Shown here: positions 50,587-60,790 of the stretch, piece by piece
Layout: each line of letters starts with the position of its first letter
Position numbering within the stretch: the stretch's first letter is position 1
Assembly: GCA_001662655.1 (NCBI GenBank)
Contig: KV460260.1
Source of the DNA: Pseudogymnoascus verrucosus
Taxonomy: Eukaryota
Length of the DNA: 64,000 nucleotides
Strand: one strand, 5' to 3'
Program-made: the position numbers and the translations under genes
The notes under the pieces: model-generated
The model's database searches: none
The model's input: the letters and a program-made list of their open reading frames with translations, nothing else
What the model was told of the DNA's origin: nothing

Positions 50587-52662
50587 TTAAAGGATAAGAA
50601 AAGGCAAATTTGCAGCCCTAGAAACTCCTGGACTTCCCATCAACGACCGAATTGCTTCATTGTAGTCACCATGCGTGAAAAGACATATCCACTCGTCTGG
50701 TGTAGATCCAGGATCATTGCAAGGCAAGGCAAGAGGGCAGCCATTATAGAGAACAATTTTAAAATCGTCCCTATCTTCATGATGCCACTCTATTGCTGCC
50801 CCAATTACCCTAGGTGCACCATTCTCTTCTGTCGATTTCTTAACCACATACGGGTCATGAGGATTGGTGAAAAGATTAATCTCATCCGACCTGTGTATCG
50901 TGAGATTTGGGGAAGCTATCATAAGTGTTTGAATCAAAGCATTGCGCTGGCCATCTTCGTGGTAACTCGCGAGATAGGGAGAAAGCCTATCCCGAGACCA
51001 CGAAAGTGAACTGAAGCCTAGTCCACAAGAGACTATTGCCGCTAGGTGTAACAAAGATGTTCTCCAAAACGGAGTATCGTGCTCTTTAGCCAATTCTACA
51101 ATCTGGTCCCACGATGCCTTTGCAACCCTTGGAACCTGTGTTCTTTCATCGAGTTCCCGATTAAGTCGAACATACATCCCTATAATTGCCGTGAAGCATT
51201 TTGCGGCTCCTTTATCCCCTAGTACTGCAAGCTCGTATTCCAGTCTCCTTATTGTGTCGTCGGATTCATCAGAGGCCTTGTCGCCGCGCCCTGCAACAGC
51301 ACGAGCCATCCTTTTAAGTCGTAGCTTGAAGAGCAGCTGCTCGTCGCTTGACTTTTGCTGTGTGGCCCATACAGAATATTGAGATATCCATTCGTTGAAA
51401 ATAAAAATCCGCGTACGGTATACCGTTTCACTGACAATGGCTAGAATATCGTTTAAATCGTCAAGCTCTGTCATCTTTTGTATTCTCCAGGTGCCCCGTC
51501 GAGATGCGTCTAGATATGGCTCGCGATTGCCAAGAAAATAAGCCAATCTTGCAAAATCACCCAAACACCTTGGATAAGGTATATCTGCAGAAGGCTTCTG
51601 AGATTCCTCCGCACTAATTTCGGTATGTCCCAGGATTCCCAGGGTCAATTTAGGTTTCACACTCAAATTTAGAAATGGCTGCTCGTGAAAGGTTTGGAAC
51701 TGTGTTACACAATCGACCCACAATTCTCCGAATTCCATGTCTCTGACATTAGGAGGAATAGTGTACCACGAATATGATGGAAAGAGTGCCAAGACAAAAT
51801 CTCTGGCTTTAGTGGTCTCTCGGGAGCTGGTTAAAGAACCAACTAAGGTATGAAAGACAGATGCTTTCCCTTCCGGTACTGGCTCCGAGGAGCGAGTGAC
51901 TGTGCCGTTGTTTAGCATAGCGCGCATGAACTCTTTCTTCAGTACCATGGTTTGTTCTTGTTCATCAGGATTTTCCTCTTCCCCAACAGGCCAAATGAAC
52001 TGCCCGCGCTCGACCCATGCCTCAGCGGCCTTATCAAGCTCAGTAAGTTCCAAATATGCCTTCTCCCACGTGACGGAAGATTTGGCCCGCTTGGCGTTTT
52101 CACAGACAGTGAATTGAATTGTCTGGGAGAGATTTGTCTCTTGTAGAGGCCATAGTCGATGTGACCAGATTTCATCAAGGCCATGTTGATGATGAGATTT
52201 GAGATGTTTAGCTGCGTTGCTGGCTATGTCATAATCTTCGAGTTGCCCATTTGCCCCACGGACGCGATTGACGTTCCACTTCTCATCGTCTATCAGGTCT
52301 AGCAAACTCTCACAGCATGGACCGAAGCCACCGTCTTCTCTTACAACAATGGTTTTCGTTGCATTCATGTAGACAGCGGGAATATGCTCGACAACGGCTA
52401 ATCTAGCGTCCTTGTTAGACTGGTCCACGACCAAGACGTCCATCCAAAATAGTAAATGGCCAACCAAAGCTGGCAATCTGTCCTGGATAAATCTAGCTTT
52501 CTGTGGAGACACGAGAACCTTTTCCGCTATTCCTGGGATTTTCGTCCACGAGGCTTGAGCCCATATGTGTGATATGGCAATATATGAAGACGACTCGAGA
52601 GTTACCTCATGCAGAGACAGTTGTTTATCAACGCCAAAGCGACAGAGAGTTATTGTAGGCAT
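50587..52662 (-). CDS. HET (heterokaryon incompatibility) domain protein, intronless, 691 aa
   Basis: YIAISHIW, FWMDVLVVDQ, IPAVYMNATKTIV, WSHRLWPLQE and RETTKARDFV motifs. Confidence 0.85.
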   Translation of the reverse strand: MPTITLCRFGVDKQLSLHEVTLESSSYIAISHIWAQASWTKIPGIAEKVLVSPQKARFIQDRLPALVGHLLFWMDVLVVDQSNKDARLAVVEHIPAVYMNATKTIVVREDGGFGPCCESLLDLIDDEKWNVNRVRGANGQLEDYDIASNAAKHLKSHHQHGLDEIWSHRLWPLQETNLSQTIQFTVCENAKRAKSSVTWEKAYLELTELDKAAEAWVERGQFIWPVGEEENPDEQEQTMVLKKEFMRAMLNNGTVTRSSEPVPEGKASVFHTLVGSLTSSRETTKARDFVLALFPSYSWYTIPPNVRDMEFGELWVDCVTQFQTFHEQPFLNLSVKPKLTLGILGHTEISAEESQKPSADIPYPRCLGDFARLAYFLGNREPYLDASRRGTWRIQKMTELDDLNDILAIVSETVYRTRIFIFNEWISQYSVWATQQKSSDEQLLFKLRLKRMARAVAGRGDKASDESDDTIRRLEYELAVLGDKGAAKCFTAIIGMYVRLNRELDERTQVPRVAKASWDQIVELAKEHDTPFWRTSLLHLAAIVSCGLGFSSLSWSRDRLSPYLASYHEDGQRNALIQTLMIASPNLTIHRSDEINLFTNPHDPYVVKKSTEENGAPRVIGAAIEWHHEDRDDFKIVLYNGCPLALPCNDPGSTPDEWICLFTHGDYNEAIRSLMGSPGVSRAANLPFLIL

Positions 52663-53803
52663 ACTTGGGATGGTGATAGCTGCGTTTCAAATTTGATGGG
52701 CAGTACTCGGAGCAAAGAAGAGAAAGACAGAGCAAGAAAAGCAAATCGCGCTGAAGGCAAGGCTTAAGCCACAATCTACAAGCACCACTTCAACACAACA
52801 CACCATTGGCTTATTAGGCAGCAAGCTTCGTCGAGCCGTGCTGATTCGTTTGCCCAGTGTATTTCGATTTGGATGCGCTGCGCCTTTACAAGATTCTTCT
52901 TCTCAAACATGTAAGGGAAGGGCTTCCGCTCAAACCACTCTGTGTCTAGTTGCTTGCCAAACTTCTGCTAACGACAACAGTCGAGTACTGCCAGCAAACC
53001 CGTACTTTTCGCGCTCGCCATTTCTTCAATATCGGCCATGTAAGCAGACCCTCTTGTCGCACCAAGAGAAGTTTGAATATCGTTGGTTTAATTTTGGAGG
53101 TTTGGTTCCGTCGTTAATGTTGAGGGAACCGGACATTCCCATGGGGATACTGCAGGATTTTGCGCCCAAAATGACGGGTTTTCCTCAAGGGGTTGTCCAG
53201 CTCCCCGGTTGGTCCACGCACTAGCCGGTGGCGCCAGCCAAATGTCTCGGCTTCAGCTTGGGCTGAAAAGACCCAATTCTTCTTGGTTCGAGGGTTTCCC
53301 TGGACCTACAAATAACATATGGGCAAAAGATCATATACATAGACCCGTAGATTAGTGAGTAATTCAATTGATCATATTATTATATTTTACTTTATTCTAC
53401 TGTGAAGCTTCTGCTCTGTTGCCTGAAGGGATTGATTACAGTGACTAGAGATTCTCACACGATTTTGGGTGTGGTTCTCCGTACTTGTAATTCCCTCCAA
53501 CAGCTAAATCACTTCGCCCCACTCACCCCGCCTACCCCACTCCCCCTGGTCACCCTTCAGTTGGCAAGGGCCCACGATTCCGCGCTATGTCTATTAGTAC
53601 GATTGAGACTATTATCCAGAGGATACGCCAGCTTGTGTATGGCAGAGCGGACGGGATGCTGAATTCTCTTGAGTCTCTAGTCGTATGTGGGAGTTACTTG
53701 GATATTGTAATATAAAACGCCCTTTAACACAGGCCATCATAACCGACATATTGTAAAGACGATTACTCAAGGTTCTTTCAAAGTATTATTATTCTTGCCC
53801 TTC

Positions 53804-55713
53804 CTAAGCACCTACGTAATAGATGTTAGGCTTTGGTGGGGTTTTCATACGGTCACCGAGAAAGTAATCAACGTGATGAGACTGCATGTATCCCTTGAGT
53901 GTCATGGCGTTGCGGTAGGCCGGGTTGTGCGGCAGCGTATAAAGGCGGATGTCCGACGGGATGTTCGTGCTGAAGATGAGAAGCTCATCGTAATTGGCAT
54001 TTGTAACAACAACCTCCTCGCGCCAGTCGCCCAAAATGTCGCCGAGGAAGAGTGGGTTTCGGGTCGACACGCTGCCACCGTAGTCGCTGATCTTGAGAAA
54101 TCGTGGCATCTTTCCAGACACACTTGGTTTCAACCAGTCCCACTGCTCGAATTTCCCGTCGTTGTAGAGTTCCATGAGCGCGTCGCCATCCCACCATAGA
54201 CCTAGCTGTGGCCATGGTGCTAAAGTGGTGTCTTCTTCGGTGAGCTTGTTGGTTGCCGCATTGTAGACGCCGTCGAAAGCCCAGACCTCCATGCCCGGGC
54301 TCCGTGGGTCAATGTCACCAGCCATACCGCGTGCGACATCGCCTACCTCGGTGCCAAAGTGCTCCCAGATAAGCTTTCCGGTGGAGGCGTCGTATAAGTA
54401 CTCCATAAGGAGACTGGGGTTATCCTGCTGGATGCCATAGCCTTGAAGACCTGCGCGCGATGGATCCATCTTGGAAATATGGAACCGGTCGCCATGGCCA
54501 ATACCCTGACCTGCCAACGAATACCGCAAGGTGCCATCGCCGTTGAGCGCGAAGCCAATCTCGCAGACTTCGTCCTTTCCATCGCCGTTAAGATCAATAA
54601 TGCGCGTATTATGCCCATCTGAGGCATCCTGGTCACCTCGTACCCATCTCCACGCCAATTTTACAGCCTTGCCGTCAAATTTCCAGGCGGCCATGATAAG
54701 GTTGAACGCACCCTGACCCGGTTGGCGGTTCTTCATATAAGTTACAAGATGCGGCGTGACACCGTCTAGGTAGCCGACACCAAACCGGGCTGCAAGAGGG
54801 CCATCAGACAGGTACTCGTTTTCAATATGAGCAGTGGCACGTAGCGCTCCTGTCTCGCCGTTGATAATGGCGATATATTGGTCGTCATCACCATTTCCAC
54901 CACTGAAAGTTTTCCCATCTCCAAACACGACGCCGTTTGCGATTCGGACACTTGCATATCGTTAGCTACATGAGAATTTAGGGGGTTAAGGTGTAGCCTA
55001 CGCAACCTCAGCCTTTCCATCGCTATCGAAGTCATAGACAGTAATTCCATCCCAATGGCCGACGTTCAAAGCTGATGAGCCAGGCTCAATGTTGTTTTGA
55101 TTCACACTGTTTGGTCCCATGTTGATCTCCCATAAAAACTTACCATCACTGCGGTAAGCTTCAAGAGTACTGGGCGCTGTCTGCCGGTCGATCACATAGT
55201 CATACTCCTTTAAACACGTCAGGCATCTGAAATCCGCCCTGGGGGACCACATAAATAACTTACTCCGTCTCCATCCAGATCGCCAACCCACAGGTATTTG
55301 ATAACGCCACCCGATTTGATCGGGATCCTGACGACTGGCTCTGCAGCATTGTTGGCCGCCAAGGTGAACTTGCCGCTGTCGGCCGCTTCCTTGCCGTTAA
55401 GCACTGGTCTCACATGGTACGTGTTGCTTTCTGCCAAGTTGGGATTTAGGTCGTGGAAATTGGTGCCGCCAGTCAAGACCTTGGAGTTGAGAAGCTTTGG
55501 GTTGCCGGAGCCGGTGGCTCTGTAGACGTTGAAGCCAATGCTTTCATCGTCAAGCCCTAGCAGCCGCCAGCCTACCAAAACGGCTGTCTCGTTTGAACGG
55601 ACTGCGACGACACCACGACCAAGGTTCTCCATGGGCCTCTGGGCCAATGCGGCAGGTGCGAAGACTGCAGTGGTAGCGGCAACCGCAATTACGATCTTGG
55701 ATAAAACGCCCAT
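53804..55713 (-). CDS. Secreted rhamnogalacturonan lyase, polysaccharide lyase family 11 (YesW/YesX-like)
   Basis: Signal peptide followed by QRPMENLGRGVVAV, VGWRLLG, FNVYR, VGDLDGDGEYD, VYDFDSDGKAE, GHGDRFH, DILGDWREE, RLYTLPHNPAYR; introns 55208-55263 and 54951-55001. Confidence 0.92.
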
Positions 55714-56304
55714 GGTTTCTAATGAAAGCTGAGTCGCCGTGAATCGAATGGACAAAGTTCGATGAGGATAAACGATTTAAAATCCGACATGATAACATTA
55801 TTATATACTTCAAGCTCCCTTGCACTCTCAATCGGCCAATATATGAGAACGGAGTTTCGGTGTATTTGCAGCGGACAGTTGTCCGGATGCGGATCCCCTG
55901 AATGAAACGAAGAATAACCCTCATTGGAGGGAAATAAACAATTGCCTATGCCATTAGTATCTCGGACAGAGACTCTCTCCGCACTATGGGATGGCCAAGT
56001 TCATGCATACTCTTTTCATCCAATATTTCAACATATTGTCCAAGCAATGGGAACTTAAAACACGAGCCGCCCTATATGTGGAGTAAGCAGGTCAGTTCAT
56101 TTAATCTCATCCGAGCACCTACGACACAAATTAGCCGTTTTCTAGCATCCTCCAGTTAGTTGATAGTGAAAACATGACTTCTGCCAACTTTTCTGACATT
56201 CGTATCTGTTCCGGCCCAACCGCGAATATACCGTATTCGTGGATATGCTGGCCCATTCGCGAATNNNNNNNNNNNNNNNNNNNNNNNNNNNNNNNNNNNN
56301 NNNN

Positions 56305-56851
56305 CGAATAGTAGTAGAAATAGAAGTAATCAATTGATCTATATAGCTACGTTTCCAGCTGTGTCTGCCCGTGCTCGTTTCTGATGAGGCCTCTCAACTA
56401 GAGCTATTTCTGTACGAGAAGTAAGGCCTGATAAATTACCACAGTCATGGTCATCATTCTGGTAGTGTACACTACACTGCTTTGCTTCCTTATAACACCA
56501 GCACCTCTTTATACTACAGTACCCCTTACATTAACAGGATATTCCAACCCGAGCAGTTGTAGAAGCCTCTCTAGCTGCAAGCCCTAGGCTTACTTCCTTA
56601 GTAGAAGTAGGAATTACTATATCACTCCATAGAGCTTGCTCTATAACTCCGAGTGATTTTGTAGGAATAAGGCGTTGTATAATACTAGAAGCAGTAAGAA
56701 TCTGATACCTATGAGGGTAAGGCTCCTCTAGAATCCTTACAAATAGCCTATTACTATCAGTTGAAGTTCTATCCTCTCGAGGAACCTTAGCAGAGGCTAT
56801 AGCTCCTATATCAAAGTGTTGAATATCGTGCGCCTGATAGCTGCATGTCAA
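56305..56851 (-). pseudogene. Decayed integrase-type transposase C-terminus (KRBA2/SCAND3-like)
   Basis: FDIGAIASAKVPREDRTSTD...YQILT...VSLGLAAREAST...ISC*CKGYCSIKRCWCYK...CSVHY; premature stop; TpA-rich composition consistent with RIP. Confidence 0.7.
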
Positions 56852-58134
56852 GACGTCTTTCAGCTGCCCACGTTGTCATTGTAGAATCTAAACCCAGTGC
56901 TAATAATTTTGAGTAATGCTTCAATGTGCCCATATTTTTGGTCCATGTTGACATTGAAACGATCTCGGTTGATGTAATCGTCTGCAGCTGCCTGTATGTG
57001 ATACCTGTCAGAAATTAGAGCTAAGACCTCTAATCTGCAGACAATAATTCATGCAATTGCCACCTCTGGAGTTTGGCTGGCTAATAGTAACCGTGTAGTT
57101 ACTAAGCTACGGAATACCAAGAGCCATAGCTCCAGCTACTTTTGCAACGCACTCCGTGAATGCTCTTCCGCTGGATCCACCACTAGGTCCTTGCTCCCAT
57201 GAGCGCAAATCAGCTCTTGCCGTGAAATTTTCAAGGCTACTAGTGGTGTCTCGCCTATAGAGATAGATTGCGTTCTTGTAGACTCATTAATATTGAAGCC
57301 CGCCGTAGTAAAAGTCAACAAGCCATGGCGTCTCTGAGGAGTATGTACCCGAGTCCAGTATAGCCCAAACTCATCAGTCAGAGCGTGACGACAATCATAC
57401 TTGCTTGTCTGGTGCTTGAGACTTGGTAGGCGGCGTTATGAAGAGTAGCAACGTGGTATTTTTGAAACATCTTTGCGTCCATTGTGGAGGTGGGCATCCG
57501 CTCTAAGAGACGACCTTCGTCATCTTGATTCGTGGGTCTGTCCCCCGTTGCGTTCGGATGATGGTCGAGAGTCGTAAAGCAAATTTATGGGCAGCAGCCG
57601 TCACTTTGCCAGTGTAAAAGTTTACTGAGACAGACAAGGCTAGACCAGCTTTTGAGGCTCTTACACGAACAACGCGGAGTCGAACTCTTTCGATGCTCAT
57701 TTTCTGAATCGTCTGACGTCACCTGAACAAAGCCGCATCAGATCACCAGACTCCTCTTCCCTTACAGGGTAGCAGGAAAGCGGAGGGGTGAGATGGTCCG
57801 TACCTAATGAAGGGTATGGTGTGCATGCAAGTATGCCATTTCTCCTAATACAGCTTTCAAAGCATGAATGACCTTGAAAGTGCATCCGTGTTTTTTGTGG
57901 AGACAAGAACAGAGACTAGGGTCTCCGGATCAGTATATGAAAAATGCTTGTGGATGCTAGGAGTGGTGATGCTGGGAGTGGTCATCGACAAAAAGTGACT
58001 GCAATACGACAAACGATTCAATACGACCATCTTTCATTTCGACTAACTATCCGCTTTAAGCCTGTCTCGACCAGACACAATCAACCATCGCGAGAATACT
58101 TGTTCTCTTAAATGAATCATGCCCTTGAATACTT

Positions 58135-58794
58135 TCATAAGCCACACAAAGACAAGATAACACTATCAGATGCATCCCCCGGATTGACGTCCCCACAATA
58201 GACCAGGTATCCATTTCCCACGTTTGCTGCAACCACTGCGGCCTGCGCTTGATCCACATATTCTGTGGGGAAGACAGACGATTGAGTCTTAGCGCCACTA
58301 ACTGGAATGAAGACCTTTTCATGGGGTTGAGCGTTTTTGACGTGAAGCACCTTCATGCTATATGGCGCAGGAAGCGAGTCTGACGCGGCTCCCAAGGGAA
58401 GGGAGCAGGTGGGGTTAAGCTTGAAGTCGGACCTATGATAGTCGCCGTGCTTCCAAGGAATGCCAAAAGCCCTGTTGAAGAAATTGTCGAAGTCATCCAT
58501 CCTCGTAAAGTTTGGGAAATGTAAACCAAAGATGACCAGGCCGCCATTACGAACGTATAACACCACTTTATCCAGCACTACTCTATTCTCCGTCTTCGTC
58601 AAGCCTTCGTCGGTGACCAGGATCGCTCTTGGGCTGCTCTCTTCAAGGTATTGAATCGCCTCACTTGCCACTTTGGCACGCCTCAATTGGGTGGATTCAT
58701 TGAGTCTATTGAATAGGGACGAATACGATTCATCTAGAAATTCTCGAAACATAAGACTAAGAACAAAAATTACCGGGCGGTTCACAGACTCCAT
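58135..58794 (-). CDS. Conserved fungal hypothetical protein (219 aa, possibly class I glutamine-amidotransferase-like fold), inside the transposon
   Basis: Intact intronless ATG-to-TGA ORF with PRAILVTDEGL, YVRNGG.VIFG, FG.PW..GDYHR, YSMK.LHV, GYLVYCGDVN; no RIP-like composition. Confidence 0.75.
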   Translation of the reverse strand: MESVNRPVIFVLSLMFREFLDESYSSLFNRLNESTQLRRAKVASEAIQYLEESSPRAILVTDEGLTKTENRVVLDKVVLYVRNGGLVIFGLHFPNFTRMDDFDNFFNRAFGIPWKHGDYHRSDFKLNPTCSLPLGAASDSLPAPYSMKVLHVKNAQPHEKVFIPVSGAKTQSSVFPTEYVDQAQAAVVAANVGNGYLVYCGDVNPGDASDSVILSLCGL

Positions 58795-59179
58795 CGTGAG
58801 TAATGAGGTAGCAAGAGCGTCAAGAGGGTGAGGATGAAAGCAACGACCTTAGCATCTCGGTTATCCTCAGGTTTGTTACAAGACCGATCAGAACGTTTCT
58901 GGTTGGTTCGTTCAAGGCAGAGCCACATTGCAGTGCAGCAATTGTGTACCCGTATTGTACTGGCTTTTACGTCATCATCTGTCACACCAATGGCACCGCT
59001 ACATGGGTATGAATTTTGCGCCTGGCCAAAGAAAGAACCAAAGCTCCTAGCAGCTGCGTTAACTACACGAATCCGTGGGAAAAGAACTATGATAAAATTC
59101 TTCGTGTTTCAGAGATGACGAAGAAAATGGGTCAGTTCATATCATCAAACCACCTAATAAGCCATACCGATCTTATATA

Positions 59180-59517
59180 TGTTCCGGTCCAACCGCGAGT
59201 TTGGCCCATTACTGAATGGGCCAGCCCATTCGTGACCTAGCCGGCCCAACCACAAGTTTTGCGATTAACGATTGGGCTGGCCTATTCACCTATGGACCGG
59301 CCGAACCACAAGTAATTAGAAATAGGAGTAATTAATTAATCTATATCTACGCTTCCTGTGCTCGTTTCTAACGAGGGCATCATATTTTTAGTTAGGCAAG
59401 CCCATTCGCGAATAGGCCGGCCTAGTCGTAGAGACTCATATTCGTGGTTGGGCCGGCCCATTCGCGAATGGGCCAGCATATCCACGAATACGGTACATTC
59501 GCGGTTAGGCCGGAACA
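59180..59517. repeat. Short (338 bp) internally deleted copy/terminus of the same element, with palindromic subterminal repeats
   Basis: Begins TGTTCCGGTCCAACCGCGA. Segment 59310-59380 resembles 56305-56390. Repeated GGCCCATTCGCGAATGGGCC-like units, with a perfect 20-bp palindrome at 59455-59474. Confidence 0.7.
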
Positions 59518-60790
59518 TATCTTTTCGAGACGCGAATATAGCTTACAGCAGCCTCTGCATAACTTTTTCAGTCGGGTATTTACATTGAAATGTGCCGGTT
59601 TAAACATCTGTGCCGATCCCATGAGGCACCTCACACTGCGCCCCGCAAATACTCTAACTTAAACCCCAGATACTTCGGTCCCTCGGCAAACTCATCCATA
59701 ACGGTCCAATGGAATGGCCTCCTCCTCGGATGACCCCAACGCGGCCCGTCCGCATCAACGGCCGAGGATAGCGTACCAAAGAGAAGAATCAGCACGTCAG
59801 ACCCCAAGATTAACAAGTCGCTTCCTCGAACGGCTTATCTCGCGCGAAATCAAACCTTCGCAGTAGTCGTGGCAGGTGACTTGTATGTGGTTTATGACTG
59901 CACACCGCTTGCGACTCGGCCTGACGGGGGAAAGGCCGCCGCACCTCATTAATGCCTGGATTCTACAGGCTATGCTATTTCCGTAATATCTATGCAATCT
60001 ACTACGCAAATCTGATATACAACTCAAACTTGATCTACGCGCATAACGTGCTACGCCACAGCATGCCCCGTTCTCCGCGGAGGACATTCTTCTTCCGCAA
60101 CGCGTTGGTGGCGGGGTTATACGAGTAGCACTGCCTGCAGCTTCCCCCTTTTGTTCTCATAGCGCGACTGTGGGGCGCCGGGGCGCGGAGAAGATGGTCA
60201 CCGTTAGACTTCCCTGGTTGATAGTTTTAGTTAGTGTCGCACGGGATATAGGGAAAGGTAGGTGACTTACCGTGTCAAGGAAGCTGAATATTTGGTGGCC
60301 CGTTGGTATGGCATCCATGTCTAGTGTTGGTCCAACGTATTTCCGTGTGAGGGTGTCGCGAGAGCAGAGTAAACCGCTGGAAGCGGTGTAGCTTGGGCGC
60401 CTTGCATGGTTCCCAAATACTAAGTTTTCGAGTTGTTCGATGGCTGTATTTCCTTGGAATCCAGCAAGCTCTGGCTAGATTTCTCGACTTCTGCTTCAAA
60501 AGTAAACAGAAGGCAGAACGGTGTAAAAAAGAGTAAAAAAGCCGGTCGTTAAAAAGACCAGAGGTGTGTGACATAGATCCGCCGCCATATCAAGAAGAGT
60601 AGAACGCCCAACTTCCCACCGATTACCAGTAAAAATGGTGGTGATTTGCACCAACACCACTGACACCAAGAATTCTAGGGATAATGGCATAAAAACGTTA
60701 TATGTCAAGGGCCGAGCCGCTTCGGTCGCAAGTAGTGCAGGAAACACCCACAAAGCTTCCATCCTCAGGAGCATCCCATAATCATAGCTC

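Larger units (their letters stand above)
56207..59517. mobile_element. Ginger/GingerRoot-like DNA transposon derivative carrying a passenger gene
   Basis: TGT...ACA termini; 58-bp TIRs match at 56/58 positions (56207-56264 vs 59460-59517); TATC directly flanks both ends (56203-56206 and 59518-59521); decayed integrase C-terminus inside; assembly gap at 56265-56304. Confidence 0.8.

Noticed and set aside
56852..58050. Additional passenger genes within the transposon
   Set aside because: Only short stop-interrupted fragments; no product can be supported.
59180..59517. Solo LTR interpretation of the TGT...ACA 338-bp unit
   Set aside because: The flanks (ATATA vs TATCT) give no 4-5 bp TSD, the ends are long inverted repeats, and the matching terminus at 56207 is inverted rather than direct.
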